Of a DNA stretch of 64,000 nt, positions 38,826-51,504 are shown in pieces (the stretch's first letter is position 1; each line of letters starts with the position of its first letter). A program made the position numbers and the translations under genes. Source of the stretch: Eledone cirrhosa (Eukaryota). Under the pieces are notes generated by a model, which saw only the letters and a program-made list of their open reading frames with translations, searched no databases and was not told where the DNA came from. The stretch spans positions 7,378,001 to 7,442,000 of the forward strand of contig OZ024746.1 in NCBI GenBank assembly GCA_964016885.1, read 5' to 3'.

Positions 38826-41230
38826 CCGCCGAGGTCAACTTTGCCTTTCATCCTTACGGGGTCGATAAAATAAAGTACCAGTAATGTACTGAGTATTTGC
38901 TGGCCTTGTGCCAAAAGTAGAAACAATTATTATTATTACTATTATTATTTAGATTTCGTGGAATAATTGTTTCTGGGGGAAGGGAAAAGTCAATTAAATC
39001 GACCCTAGTGCGTTACTGGTACTTTATTTCGTGGAATAATAAAACTTACTTTTCCAAACAAACTATAATCAGCCGTCAGTTCCTGGCATTAAAATATATC
39101 AATCTAATTAAACAACACTGATTAAGCAAGTCAGAGACTTAGCCGTTGTGCACGTGATAGTATATAGCAAGTTAATAATTCCACTGTTATATAGAAATAA
39201 TATATAGTAAGTTATTGGCAGTATCGGTAGAGGGTCGGACGCCATGCTTTCCAGCATAGTTACGTCCCTTTACGATCTGAGTTCAAATCCCGCCGAGGTT
39301 GACTTTGCCTTTCATCCTTACGGGGTCGATAAAATAAAGTACCAGTAATGAACTAGGTAATTGCTGGCCTTGTGCCTAAAGTAGACACAAATATTTTGTA
39401 TAGCAAGTTATATAGAAATATTATATATAGCAATAATATATAACAAGTTATATAGAAATAATATATAGCAAGTTATATAGAAATATTATATATAGAAATA
39501 TTATATAGCAAGTTATATAGAAATAATATAAAGCAAGTTATATAGAAATATGATATAGCAAGTTATATAGAAATATTATATATAGCAATAATATATAGCA
39601 AGTTATATAGAAATAATATATAGCAAGTTATATAGAAATATTATATATAGCAAGTTATATAGAAATATTATATAGCAAGTTATATAGAAATAATATAAAG
39701 CAAGTTATATAGAAATATGATATAGCAAGTTATATAGAAATATTATATATAGCAATAATATATAGCAAGTTATATAGCAAGTTATATAGAAATATTATAT
39801 ATAGCAAGTTATATAGAAATATTATATATAGCTATAATATATAGCAAGTTATATAGAAATATTATGTATAGCAAGTCATATAGCAATAATATATAGCAAG
39901 TTATATAGAAATATTATATATAGCAAGTTATATAGCAATATATCCAAGGCGGTGGATTGGCAGTATCGGTAGAGGATCGGACGCCATGCTTTGACGCATA
40001 GAGTTACGGCCCTTGCCATTCTGAGTTCAAATCCCGCCAAGGTTAACTTTACCTTTCATCCTTACGGGGTCGATAAAATAAAGTACCAGTAATGTACTGG
40101 GTAATTGCTGGCCTTGTGCCAATAGTAGAAACAATATTATATATAGCAAGTTATATAGAAATATTATATATAGCAAGTTATATAGAAATATTATATATAG
40201 CTATAATATATAGCAAGTTATATAGAAATATTATGTATAGCAAGTTATATAGCAAGTTATATAGAAATATTATATATAGCAAGTTATATAGAAATATTAT
40301 ATATAGCAATATTATATATAACAAGTTATATAGCAATATTATATATAGCAAGTTATATAGAAATATTATATATAGCAAGTTATATAGAAATATTATATAT
40401 AGCAATAATATATAGCAAGTTATATAGCAATAATATACGAGGGCAATCCCAAAAGTAAGGTCTCCTTCCGATATTGCATCTTTTCCGTTAAAATCCTGTG
40501 GATGGTGCTTTGGGAAACCTCAGGAACCAAAATGCAGAGAGTATCCAGAGTGAACAGCCGATCATTACGCATGTTTTCCTCGGAAGGAGACCTTACTTTT
40601 GGGATTGCCCTCTATATAATAATTGCGCGAAATTCGCTCTTGGCGGTAGCGTTCAACGGGAGCTCCATTCTCAACGGCTGCTAAGCCAAGATTGAGCATC
40701 CCAGCGAAGCACGCGCATGAGCACGCGCATGCTTGTTTGGGAGTGAAGGAAGCACCAATCACAACAGTGTTGCCAACAGCCGTACGAACAGTTTCTCTGC
40801 GTCCCCATCGCTTTGGAGACCTTACTTTTGGGATTACCCTCGTATATAGCAATAATATATAGCAAGTTATATAGCAATAATATATAGCAAGTTATATAGA
40901 AATAATATATGTAGCAAGTTATATAGAAATAATATATAGCAAGTTATATAGAAATATTATATAGCAATATTATATATAGCTGGCAGTATCGGTAGAGGGT
41001 CGGACGCCATGCTTTGAAGCATAGAGTTACCTCCCTGTATGATTTGAGTTCAAATCCCGCCGAAGTTAACTTTGCCTTTCATCCTTACGGGGTCGATAAA
41101 ATAAAGTACCAGTAATGCACTGGGTAATTGCTGGTCTTGTGCCAAAAGTAGAAACAATTATATATAGCAAATTATATAGAAATATATATAGCAAGTTCTA
41201 TAGTAATATTATATATAGCAAGTTAATAAT
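38826..41230 (+). repeat. AT-rich minisatellite (TATATAGCAAGTTATATAGAAATAT) containing family B SINE copies (38826, 39215, 39948, 40981)
   Basis: Direct inspection. The SINE copies share A/B boxes or the central domain with 31345. Confidence 0.88.
40438..40842 (-). mobile_element. Composite mariner-derived element with three TIRs and transposase N-terminus
   Basis: TA-CGAGGGCAATCCCAAAAGTAAGGTCTCC, with inverted copies at 40586-40613 and 40815-40842-TA. The minus strand reads MELPLNATAKSEFRAII from the ATG near 40669. Confidence 0.82.
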
Positions 41231-41567
41231 TCCACCGTTATATAAGAATGTGTTTCTAGAGAACTGCGTCCATTTATAGTTTCGATTCTCGGTAGTAATT
41301 ACCACTGCTGATATATTTGAGAAAGGCATGAATGCCACGTAATCTATTTTCTTTTTAATTATGTAGTCTTGTATCCCTATGTGAATACTGAATAAGGTGT
41401 TGGTCCAATTTGATGACCAATAAATTAGAGAGTTCAAATATAGTAATTTGTATTGATCTCTGATAAATGTATTGTAAAGAAAGGGTTAGAAGAGACCAAT
41501 TGGAGCCACTAACCGAACACATGATTGTTTCCTGCCAAAGACATCCCCATGTGTTTATATGGTCGAT

Positions 41568-42020
41568 GTCCTTAACTTTCAATGGCCCAGTCTATGTCTA
41601 TATAGCCGAAGTCCTTAACTTTCAATGGCCCTGTCTATATAGCCGAAGTCCTTAACTTCCAATGGCCCAGTCTATGTTTATATGGCCAAGGTCCTTAACT
41701 TCCAATGGCCCAGTCTATGTTTATATTGCCAAGGTCCTTAACTTTCAATGGCCCAGTCTATGTTTATATGGCCAAGGTCCTTAACTTCCAATGGCCCAGT
41801 CTATGTTTATATGGCCAAGGTCCTTAACTTCCAATGGCCCAGTCTATGTTTATATTGCCAAGGTCCTTAACTTCCAATGGCCCAGTCTATGTTTATATGG
41901 CCAAGGTCCTTAACTTCCAATGGCCCAGTCTATGTTTATATTGCCAAGGTCCTTAACTTCCAATGGCCCAGTCTATGTCTATATAGCCGAAGTCCTTAAC
42001 TTCCAATGGCCCAGTCTATG
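41568..42020. repeat. 43-bp minisatellite
   Basis: Unit GTCCTTAACTTCCAATGGCCCAGTCTATGTTTATATGGCCAAG. Confidence 0.95.
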
Positions 42021-42152
42021 TTGTGTTTACATTGCTAAAATATGAAATGCAATACAATACAGTTCAGTTTCCGTATTCCAGTCATCACCGTCACATAAAC
42101 CTATTAATTTCACATGTCACATGACATTTTAAGCTAAATATACATAACCGAA

Positions 42153-42440
42153 GGCGGCAAATTGGCAGAGTGGTTAGAACGTTAGATAGAATACTTTGTG
42201 GTATTTCTTCCCGGCTTGTCTGCGTTCGAATCCCGCCGCCCTCAACTTTGCCTTTCATATTTTCGAAGTCGATAAAAAAGCACCAGTCTAGTACTGGGGG
42301 TCGATTCTTCCTCTCTATCTTTTTTCTCACTTCCATTCTCTCACTCTCTTTATCCTTTTCTGGAAGAAATCTGCTGTATTCAGACCCGGAGAGGGTCATC
42401 ACAGCGCCCCCACAACTCCCTCGGGAGGTACAGGACCATA
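42153..42440 (+). mobile_element. Family B-related SINE with alternative tail
   Basis: A box TGGCAGAGTGG, B box GTTCGAATCCC and central domain. The tail is shared with 18430-18550 and 44780-45000. Confidence 0.75.
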
Positions 42441-43492
42441 CACACATGCAGACGTAATTGAGATGAATAGTTTAATAAAAAGGTTAACCCGGATGTAAAC
42501 AAAGGCAGAGTGATGATGTCACTAAGTGTAGAATATGTAAAATAATAACTTGCACTAGATGACCCCGTCACAATTCCACGAATTAAAACCCTCCAAATAC
42601 TAAAGATCAATATGACATTATATATATATAGATAGATATACATGCACACATAAATAATATGTACAGTACTTAATTATATATACAATGCAACATTAAATGA
42701 CTAAAACTACTAAAATGGAATATTTGACTTATAATTTGTGAATAAATAGTGTTTGCCGTAATTCCTTTTATTGATTAATTAATTATGCAATCCAAACCTG
42801 ATGATGTCGCCAGGGTCTTATGTAACCAAGCCATTGAAATATATATATATATATATAGTGTTTTTGTACCAACAAAACTTTAAAAGGGTATCCCCATATC
42901 CAGTGAAGAAGGTTTCACTCCCCTCCCCCACCAGACTTTAGTCGCCGACCACTCGACCACGAAGCAGGTTCTACTGGGTTACATGGTTCCACTAGCGAGC
43001 AGAAGCCTGACCTGATATAATTATCTAAATATTTTTTCCACCTCCAACTCTTCATTCCAGCTGACAGGATGGAGAATATCTTTCCTCGGAGGGAGGCCCG
43101 CTGCAACAGTCGGATGTCTCCACTGCTCTACCACAAACCTATCAGAGAGTGGCCGATACTTGGACAGTTTACCCTCTTCAGCCTGGCGGACAGCGAAGCC
43201 TGGGCTAGTAGCCGAACGTACTACATTGCCGTTGGAAGATATGTTTTATCACCCGAAACAAATATAATTGTAATTGTAGGAAGTGTTATTTGATTGTTCC
43301 TCACTATCAAATCTTGGTATTTGATTGACTGACAAATGGTCTTGCCTGGTCATGTCTCACATCACATTCCACTTAATCAACAGAAGTGTCGTCTGTAAAG
43401 CTATTGTTATTTTAAAGTTTCAGCCATTTCTGCTCGACGTGTGTCTAATGAGGACAAGATTTTGCATTTGTCTATTTTTGTATTATTATTAT

Positions 43493-43830
43493 TCCCTTTA
43501 CGATCTGAGTTCAAATCCCGCTGAGGTTGACTTTGCCTTTCATCCTTACGGGGTCGATAAAATAAAGTACCAGTAATGCACTGGGTAATTGCTGGCATTG
43601 TGCCTAAAATAGAAACAATTATTATTATAGACAAAAGGCGGTGGATTGGCAGTATCGGTAGAGGGCCGGACGCCATGCTTTCCAGCATAGTTACGTCCCT
43701 TTACGATCTGAGTTCAAATCCCGCCGAGGTTGACTTTGCCTTTCATCCTTACGGGGTCGATAAAATAAAGTACCAGTAATGCACTGGGTAATTGCTGGCC
43801 TTGTGCCTAAAGTAGAAACAATTATTATTA
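43493..43830 (+). mobile_element. Head-to-tail dimer of family B SINE (truncated + full length)
   Basis: Two near-identical copies, each ending ATTATTATTATAGACAAA. Confidence 0.9.
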
Positions 43831-44129
43831 TAGACAAATGCAAAATTTATTAATTTTATTTTAATAAATCAAAGTAGATCATGCAAAAACCTCCTTGAAC
43901 TGTGGAAATCATATTGATTCATGAAAAAAAATTGTAAAGATTTAGTAAAAAGTATTTGCTAAAAGACCACAGACAACATTCGATGAAATAATGCACAGTT
44001 TTACAGTTACATTGAGTTCCGGATTAGTGTGGGGCCTGGAATGTATATACCACGAGTAAATATTTGAAGTAGGCAGTAGGTAGTAACCGAGGAAATTGTT
44101 AGCAAACGGTTTTAGCACTGAAAAGCAAT

Positions 44130-44770
44130 ATATATTCTTTTTGCTTTGGCCATTGACTGCATTCTCAAAAGAGCAACAGAAGATAAAGGAATTGACTGGC
44201 TAAAGGATAGAAGCTCTCGCTTTAACCTTGTAGACGATATTGTGGCTATGACAAAACATTCAAGTGACTTACAGTATCTGAGGGATGAGACAGGGTCATC
44301 TGCAGCCAGCATTGGTCCCCACATCACCCTCAAATGGACCAATAACATACTAGTTGGTATACATCCATCACCAACATACTAGTTGGTTACCATCCATCAC
44401 AACAAACGTCTGCATTAACCAGGAAGATGTGGAGGTCTTGGACAACTTCACCTACCTCGGAAGATCTACCAACAGATGTGAGGACATGGTGAAAGAAATT
44501 AATTGCGTAGGCAAAGTTTCGGGTGTCTTTAAACAACTGAACATGATCTGGAGAAGCAAACAACTTTCACTTGGTACCAAGAGGAGATTTTACAACAGCA
44601 ATGTACTTTCAACATTCCAGTATGGGTGTAAAGCGTGGAGTGTGAAGACTAGCCAAGAGAACTAATTAAATGCTTTTGACACCAAATGTCTACGGAAAAT
44701 CCTTGACATCGGGTGGGATAATTTCATCAACAAAGAAGTCTATTAACGAACCAACCAACAACGTGTCAAC
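44130..44770 (+). pseudogene. Old RTE-clade RT fragment (different subfamily, no PHD insert)
   Basis: LFALAIDCIL..VDDI..FTYLG..IWRSKQLSLGTK.RFYNSNVLS..YGC.AW..KCLRKIL with frameshifts. Confidence 0.85.
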
Positions 44771-45199
44771 TTGGCATCAGCTGTCGATAAAAAAAGTACC
44801 AGTCTAATACTGGGGTCGATTCTTTCTCTATATCTCTTTCTCATTCTCATTCTCTCATTCTTTCAATCCTTCTCTGGAAGAAATCTGCTGTATTCAGACC
44901 TGGAGAAGAGATGGGTTCCTTCAGGTTTTAAAATACCTTAGAAACGTTGTATGTTAATATGACGCCCCTATCACTCCAGCAGGAGTTATAGGTCCACATA
45001 ATACCATCAAGATTTAACGGAGATCTGGTAGGGTGTATTTAGGACCCTGTTATCTTACGTGTATTGTCAGCCCTTTTGTATAATGGTAGGGTTAGATTTA
45101 AAGGAGATGTGGATGTTCTATTTTTAGCTGATACTGAGTGGGAATGGTGAAGGTGGTTAAAGTAGGAGTGGCGTGAGAGGAGAGGGATGGAGAGAGAAT

Positions 45200-45276
<77 letters not shown>

Positions 45277-45405
45277 AAGTAATTCCGTCGGAAAAGTCCA
45301 GGAAAAACCACTGGTAAATGGAATAATTGCCTTATGTTGTTTATTATATAACTGTATATGTACTGGGTAATTGCTGGCCTTGTGCCTAAAGTAGAAACAA
45401 TTATA

Positions 45406-45480
<75 letters not shown>

Positions 45481-45739
45481 GGAGAAAGATCGAGAGAGAG
45501 GGAGAGGCAGAGAGAGACAGAGTTGTTGTGAAGTTGAAAGTACATTCTTTGGAAATAATGGAGCAGGTTTGGTATTAGTGTAATTGTTTGATGATTATAA
45601 AGATAACTCAATGAATATATATTACATAAGAGAATGTAAAGACAATAGGAGCGACATGGAGTGTTGAGGCGAGCTCCCTCAACACAAAACACCATCACAA
45701 TCATAGGCAGACGACACTAAGACACAGATTTATCTGCAT

Positions 45740-46132
45740 CCTTATACACACACACATACACAGTTGTGTACACACACACACATACACAGTTGCACACACA
45801 CATACACAGATGCACACGCACACACACACACACATATATAGATGCACACAGACACATATATAGATGCACACCCATACACACATATATATACAGATGCACA
45901 GACACACACGCATATACACAGATGGATACGTACATACACATACGCATGCACACACTGATGCACGCACACATGCACAGATACATACACATACGCACACGCA
46001 CACACAAATGCACACATACAAACACATATGCACACTCGTATGTACATGTATGTATGTATGTATGTATGTATGTATGTATGTATGTATGTATGTATGTATA
46101 TATGTATGTATATATGTATATATGTATATATG

Positions 46133-46166
<34 letters not shown>

Positions 46167-46224
46167 TGTATATATGTTTATATATATATATATGTATGTA
46201 TGTAAGTATATACATATATGTATG

Positions 46225-46258
<34 letters not shown>

Positions 46259-46398
46259 TGTATGTATGTATGTATGTATGCATATATGTATGTAAGTATA
46301 TAGGTATGTATGTATGTATGTATGTATGTATGTATGTATGTATGTATGTATGTATGTATGTATATGTATGTATGTATGTATGTATGTAAGTATATAGG

Positions 46399-46432
<34 letters not shown>

Positions 46433-46452
46433 TGTATGTATATGTATGTATG
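45740..46452. repeat. (CA)n / (TATG)n compound microsatellite
   Basis: Direct inspection. Confidence 0.95.
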
Positions 46453-47320
46453 TTTTCTCTTTCTCTTAATTTCGAGTATATTTTTTTGACCGGCCACCTT
46501 CCTGGTGGCAAGGTTGTAAAAGAAAAGAAATTGTCATCCCTTGAATCGCAAGAATGTTTTGCATATTTTGAAGGTGCCAGCTATCGCAGCCATTTGTAGA
46601 CTATGAATTAGGGAGCTGCGCTTTTTGTCCGCAAATCCAAGTTCGGTCATACTTTGGTCCAAGCGGGTTGGTATATAACCCGTAGCACCAATAATGATGG
46701 GTATGAAGCTAAAGGTGTATCTTGGATACTGGATTTGTAAGCTCCTCATCAATGGTCCATAGATGTCCTCCTTCTCCTGTATTTTTCTGACAACGTTTAC
46801 ATCAAGTGGGCAGCTGATCTCCACAACAGAACACGTTTTCAATGTGTGGTCCCAAACTACAATATCAGGCCGGTTGTGCTTTAATTTGGTGGCAGTTTTT
46901 ATTTTCAGGTTCCACCAGTATTCCTTAGTGCCATCTGTCTCAATATATTCTTCCTCGTTTGTTGTTAATTTTGTTTTCCGAAGTGCGTTCCAGATAGTTC
47001 TAGCTATCCCATCGTGTCTCATGGGGAGGTAGTAGCGAGATGACATTCTTTCGCAGCTGGCAACAATGTGGCTTACATCCTCGATCTTTGTTTTACATAG
47101 CCTACATTTATTGTCAGCTGCTGGCCCTCTTCTTTTGTGCAGCAGATATTTGGTAGGGAGTTCTTGTTCCTGTATTGCATAGAGATATCCCTCAAGGTGT
47201 GATGTCATAAACTTGTCGGAACTCCATGCCAGGCTTTTTGAGTGGTTTATCCCCTCTATGGTCTGTGTTTTACGCCTCAAGTATCCATGCACAACTTTCT
47301 CTGTAAATTGGTCAATTTTT
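46453..47320 (-). mobile_element. 5'-truncated R4/Dong-like non-LTR element (CCHC + restriction-like endonuclease)
   Basis: Open frame with CRLC..H..C knuckle, RHD, RPDIVV..VEISCP..EKEDIY motifs to a stop at 46534. (TATG)n lies on both sides. Confidence 0.9.
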
Positions 47321-47327
47321 ATGTATG

Positions 47328-47361
<34 letters not shown>

Positions 47362-47397
47362 TGTATGTATGTATGTATGTATGTATGTATGTATGTA

Positions 47398-47949
47398 CGT
47401 CGGGTCGTTGGCGACTAAACTGGCAACCCCACCAAGGTTTCTTGGTGAGGAGGGTGACTTTGGACATCCTGCAGGACTAAAAACAAAACCTGTCAAAGGG
47501 CAAAGGAACTCTTAAGAGTCGATGGCCATCCAAAATCACCGGGAGAGATGACCCCTTAGCCTTTGTCAAGGCAGAATTCTAGGAGAAGGAAAACTCTGAT
47601 ATAACACCTGCAACCCTGATGGTATCCAATGATGTTGACTTGTTCTTCTTTTTGGTCAATATCATCTTGGTTAAGAGAGTGGGACTGGCTTTGTGCAGTG
47701 CCTTTGCTCACTATAAAAGCTTCACAGCACAGGCATTGCTTTATATCTGGAGATCTCTCTGCACTTGTCGTCACATGGTGCCATGGGCCCAGCACTATGT
47801 GTCAATAATTGTCACAAGTGTAGTGTTTGTACCAGAGTTTTCAAGTCGCTGGCTGGACTAAAAAGTCACACTCGTTCAGCGCATCGGTAGGGGTTCTCCT
47901 ACATGGATATAAAGTAGTGGCCGTACTCGAAAACGAGTTGGCAGCCACC

Positions 47950-47950
<1 letters not shown>
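47398..47950 (+). mobile_element. Internally deleted RTE-like element (5'UTR fused to C-terminal C2H2 finger)
   Basis: RTE-5'UTR-like CTAGGAGAAGGAAAACTCTGA, then CSVCTRVFKSLAGLKSHTRSAH* at 47819-47890. Ends in (TATG)n. Confidence 0.6.
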
Positions 47951-47984
<34 letters not shown>

Positions 47985-49077
47985 TGTATGTATGTATGTA
48001 TGTATGTATGTATGTATGTATGCATGTATGTATGTATATACATGTATGTGTCTATGTCTGTGTCTCTATGTGTGTCTCTGTGTCTCTGTGTGTGTCTGTG
48101 TGTGTCTGCGTGTGTCTATGTGTCTATGTGTGTGTCTATGTGTGTCTATGTCTGTGTGTTTATGTGTGTGTCTGTGTCTGTGTGTCTGTGTGTCTATGTG
48201 TGTGTCTATGTCTGTGTCTCTATGTGTGTCTATGTGTGTGTCTGTGTCTGTGTGTCTGTGTGTGTGTCTGTGTGTCTGTGTGTGTGTCTGTGTGTGTGTC
48301 TGTGTGTGTCTATGTCTGTGTCTCTGTGTCTCTGTGTGTCTGTGTGTCTGTGTGTCTGTGTGTGTCTATGTCTGTGTCTCTATGTGTGTCTATGTGTCTA
48401 TGTGTGTGTCTGTGTCTGTGTCTGTGTCTGTGTGTGTGTGTGTCTGTGTCTGTGTGTGTGTGTGTGTCTGTGTCTGTGTCTGTGTGTGTCTGTGTCTGTG
48501 TGTGTCTGTGTCTGTGTGTGTCTGTGTGTGTGTGTGTGTGTGTGTCTGTGTGTGTCTGTGTCTGTGTGTGTCTGTGTGTGTCTGTGTCTGTGTGTGTGTG
48601 TGTCTGTGTCTGTGTGTGTGTGTGTCTGTGTGTGTGTGTGTGTGTCTGTGTGTGTGTGTGTCTGTGTGTGTGTGTGTCTGTGTCTGTGTGTGTGTGTGTC
48701 TGTGTCTGTGTGCGTCTGTGTCTGTGTGTGTGTCTGTGTGTGTGTGTGTCTGTGTGTGTGTGTGTCTGTGTCTGTGTGTGTGTGTCTGTGTCTGTGTGTG
48801 TGTGTGTCTGTGTGTGTGTGTGTCTGTGTGTGTGTGTGTCTGTGTGTGTGTGTGTCTGTGTGTGTGTGTGTCTGTGTGTGTGTGTGTGTGTCTGTGTGTG
48901 TGTGTGTCTGTGTGTGTGTGTGTCTGTGTCTGTGTGTGTGTGTGTCTGTGTCTGTGTGTGTGTCTGTGTCTGTGTGTGTGTGTGTCTGTGTGTGTGTGTG
49001 TCTGTGTGTGTGTGTGTCTGTTTCTGTGTGTGTGTGTCTGTGTCTGTGTGTGTGTGTGTCTGTGTGTGTGTGTGTCT

Positions 49078-49114
<37 letters not shown>

Positions 49115-49135
49115 TGTGTCTGTGTGTGTGTCTGT
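47951..49135. repeat. (TATG)n then (TG/TCTG)n compound microsatellite
   Basis: Direct inspection. Confidence 0.97.
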
Positions 49136-49371
49136 ATGGTGGTGGGAGAGGGGAGTGTGATGGGGGGAGCGTTGTTGTGGGAGGGGGAGGGGTGAAATTG
49201 GGGAGAGGGGGGGGTAGTGGGGGGGGGGATGAAGAAAGATCCGTGTGTGAAAGGTGGAATAGTGTGTGTGTGTGTGGGGGGGGGGGACTGGAGGGTGGAA
49301 TGGTAGAGTGGAAGGTGTATTATTTCTAAACCGAAGATATATTTTTTATTTATAATATATATTTCTGTTAT

Positions 49372-49545
49372 GATCCCTTTTAACGTCCATTTTCCGCCTT
49401 AGCATGGGTTAGACGAGTTGCCCCGTTATCACAGGTGACCATGTCTTGCTCATACAGAACTGGTTTTGGTTTGTTTTCTACAGCTGCATGTCCTTCCTAA
49501 CACCAACCAAATCTGCAGTTTGTGCTGGGTGCTTTTTGTTGTAAC
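49372..49545 (-). mobile_element. Degenerate RTE 3' terminus
   Basis: Matches 3015-3200. Confidence 0.75.
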
Positions 49546-49609
49546 ACCTCCACACACACACACACGCGCGCGCACACATCCACACACACACACACACATA
49601 TATATATAT

Positions 49610-49670
<61 letters not shown>

Positions 49671-49675
<5 letters not shown>

Positions 49676-49822
49676 TAAAATAACAGATTAAAGTTTAAGC
49701 AAAGAATCGCTGCTTTCACCCTTAACGTTATTTTAATAAATATTTGCTCTACGGTTCTTATATATTTGATATATATTTATCCTTATCGAGCCCTCTTTGG
49801 ATTTTAGTCTTCAATGTATTAT

Positions 49823-49874
<52 letters not shown>

Positions 49875-50390
49875 ATAATAATAAATTTGAAGACTAAAAT
49901 CCAAAGAGGGCTCGATAAGGATAAATATATATCAAATATATAAGAACCGTAGAGCAAAAATTTATTAAAATAACAGATTAAAGTTTATGCAAAGAATCGC
50001 TGCTTTCACCCATAACGGGATCTTCTGAAACTAACAAAGTCAATCTGTAAACGCAGAAGTGGATATTTCAAAAAACGTTGCAACCGGAAGAAGACAGGAA
50101 GACGATACTTTGGTTCGTGGAAACGTTCCCTGGCAAAGAACGGGAAAAAACGAATATAATACGTCATTAATAGGAGCGGTGAAAAACAATTACGCGCAAA
50201 GACAGAACCACGTTTATGGTATAAAAGAAGTCGTAGACTAATGTTCTCTTAGGTGGTTCATAGAGACGTTCTCTGGCAATGAACGGAAAAAACGAAGATA
50301 ATACGTCATATGTGGAGCATTGAGAACAATTGCACGCAAAGACAAAACCACGTAAATGGTATAACTGAAGTTGTAGACTAAAATTCTAAC
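49671..50390 (-). mobile_element. Penelope-like pseudo-LTR-type structure (direct + inverted repeats)
   Basis: Direct repeat 49671-49726/49961-50016 and inverted arms 49727-49828/49871-49974 around (TA)n. Degenerate hammerhead core at about 50000-50030 (minus). About 143-bp tandem duplication at 50120-50385. Confidence 0.5.
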
Positions 50391-50981
50391 TAGGAAACCG
50401 AATGAATCTCCGCTTCAGAGTTAAGAATAAAGTAAATAAAATTAGCTGTTGAACCGGCAATGTGTGTGTGAGAGGTGTGTGGGTGTGTGGGTGGGTGGGT
50501 GTGTGGGTGTGTGTGTGTGGGTGGGTGTATGTGGGTGTATGTGTGTGTATGTGTGTGTGTGTGTATTTGTGTGTGTGTGTTAGGTGTGTAACTAGTTACA
50601 GACAGTGCACCATTTGAAGCACTCAATGCTGTAAGTCTGTCTGGTGTATTCCAGAGTTAAGGCTGCTGTAAAGTAGAATGGAAGTCAGTGTTGCAGCAAA
50701 TATCGACATATTACAATTATTTCAATATTGATCAGCTGAGGGTAGTATCTGTACTGATATACCCAAGTGTAGTGTCTGTCACCCTTTCACCCTCTCTTTC
50801 TTCCTTGTCCTTTCCATATAGTCCTTACTCCTTCCCTCGTTTATGCCATTTATAGTCCTTTACTTTCCTTTACAGCCAGATCTGACCTTCTTTACCCCTT
50901 CCCCATTCTTTACCGTTCTTTGCCCCTTCATTACCCCTTCTTTGCCCCTTCTTTTCCCCTTCTTTACCCCTTCTTTACTCC

Positions 50982-51133
50982 TTCTCATGTTTATGTGATT
51001 CTCATGTTTATGTGATTCTCATGTTTATGTGATTCTCATGTTTATGTGATTCTCATGTTTATGTGATTCTCATGTTTATGTGATTCACTTGTTTATGTGA
51101 TTCACAAGTTTATGTGATTCTCATGTTTATGTA
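50982..51133. repeat. 17-bp minisatellite TTCTCATGTTTATGTGA
   Basis: Direct inspection. Confidence 0.93.
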
Positions 51134-51260
51134 ATGTTTAGCTCTCGTTTTATTAACATGTCCAATATATTAATGACTCCGTTGGATATTTACAACTCTT
51201 TTATTGTTGAGTTGCTATAGGCAGGTTTCATGGGAGCTATTTCTTGCGTCATTAAGAACC

Positions 51261-51333
<73 letters not shown>

Positions 51334-51468
51334 ATGTATATATATATGTATGTATATATATATATAATGGCTGACTGAATACACACGTGTGTTTTTATCT
51401 CGTTTTCCTCCCGTTCCTTCCTTTTCTCACTCTTTATCTTTCTATTTCTTCTATAATTTTTAATTCTA

Positions 51469-51504
51469 TCTTCTGATGAAGGATTAGTATCCGAAACGTT
51501 AAGA
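51469..51504 (+). ncRNA. Minimal type I hammerhead ribozyme motif (Penelope-type)
   Basis: TCTT-CTGATGA-A-GGAT(TAGT)ATCC-GAAA-CGTT-AAGA: 4-bp stem I, 4-bp stem II and palindromic AACGTT stem III. Confidence 0.7.

Noticed and set aside
42915-43230. GC-richer segment, possibly a LINE remnant
   Set aside because: I could not identify any diagnostic motif.
47827-49329. Cys/Val-rich 400-500 aa ORFs
   Set aside because: They are (TG)n microsatellite translations.
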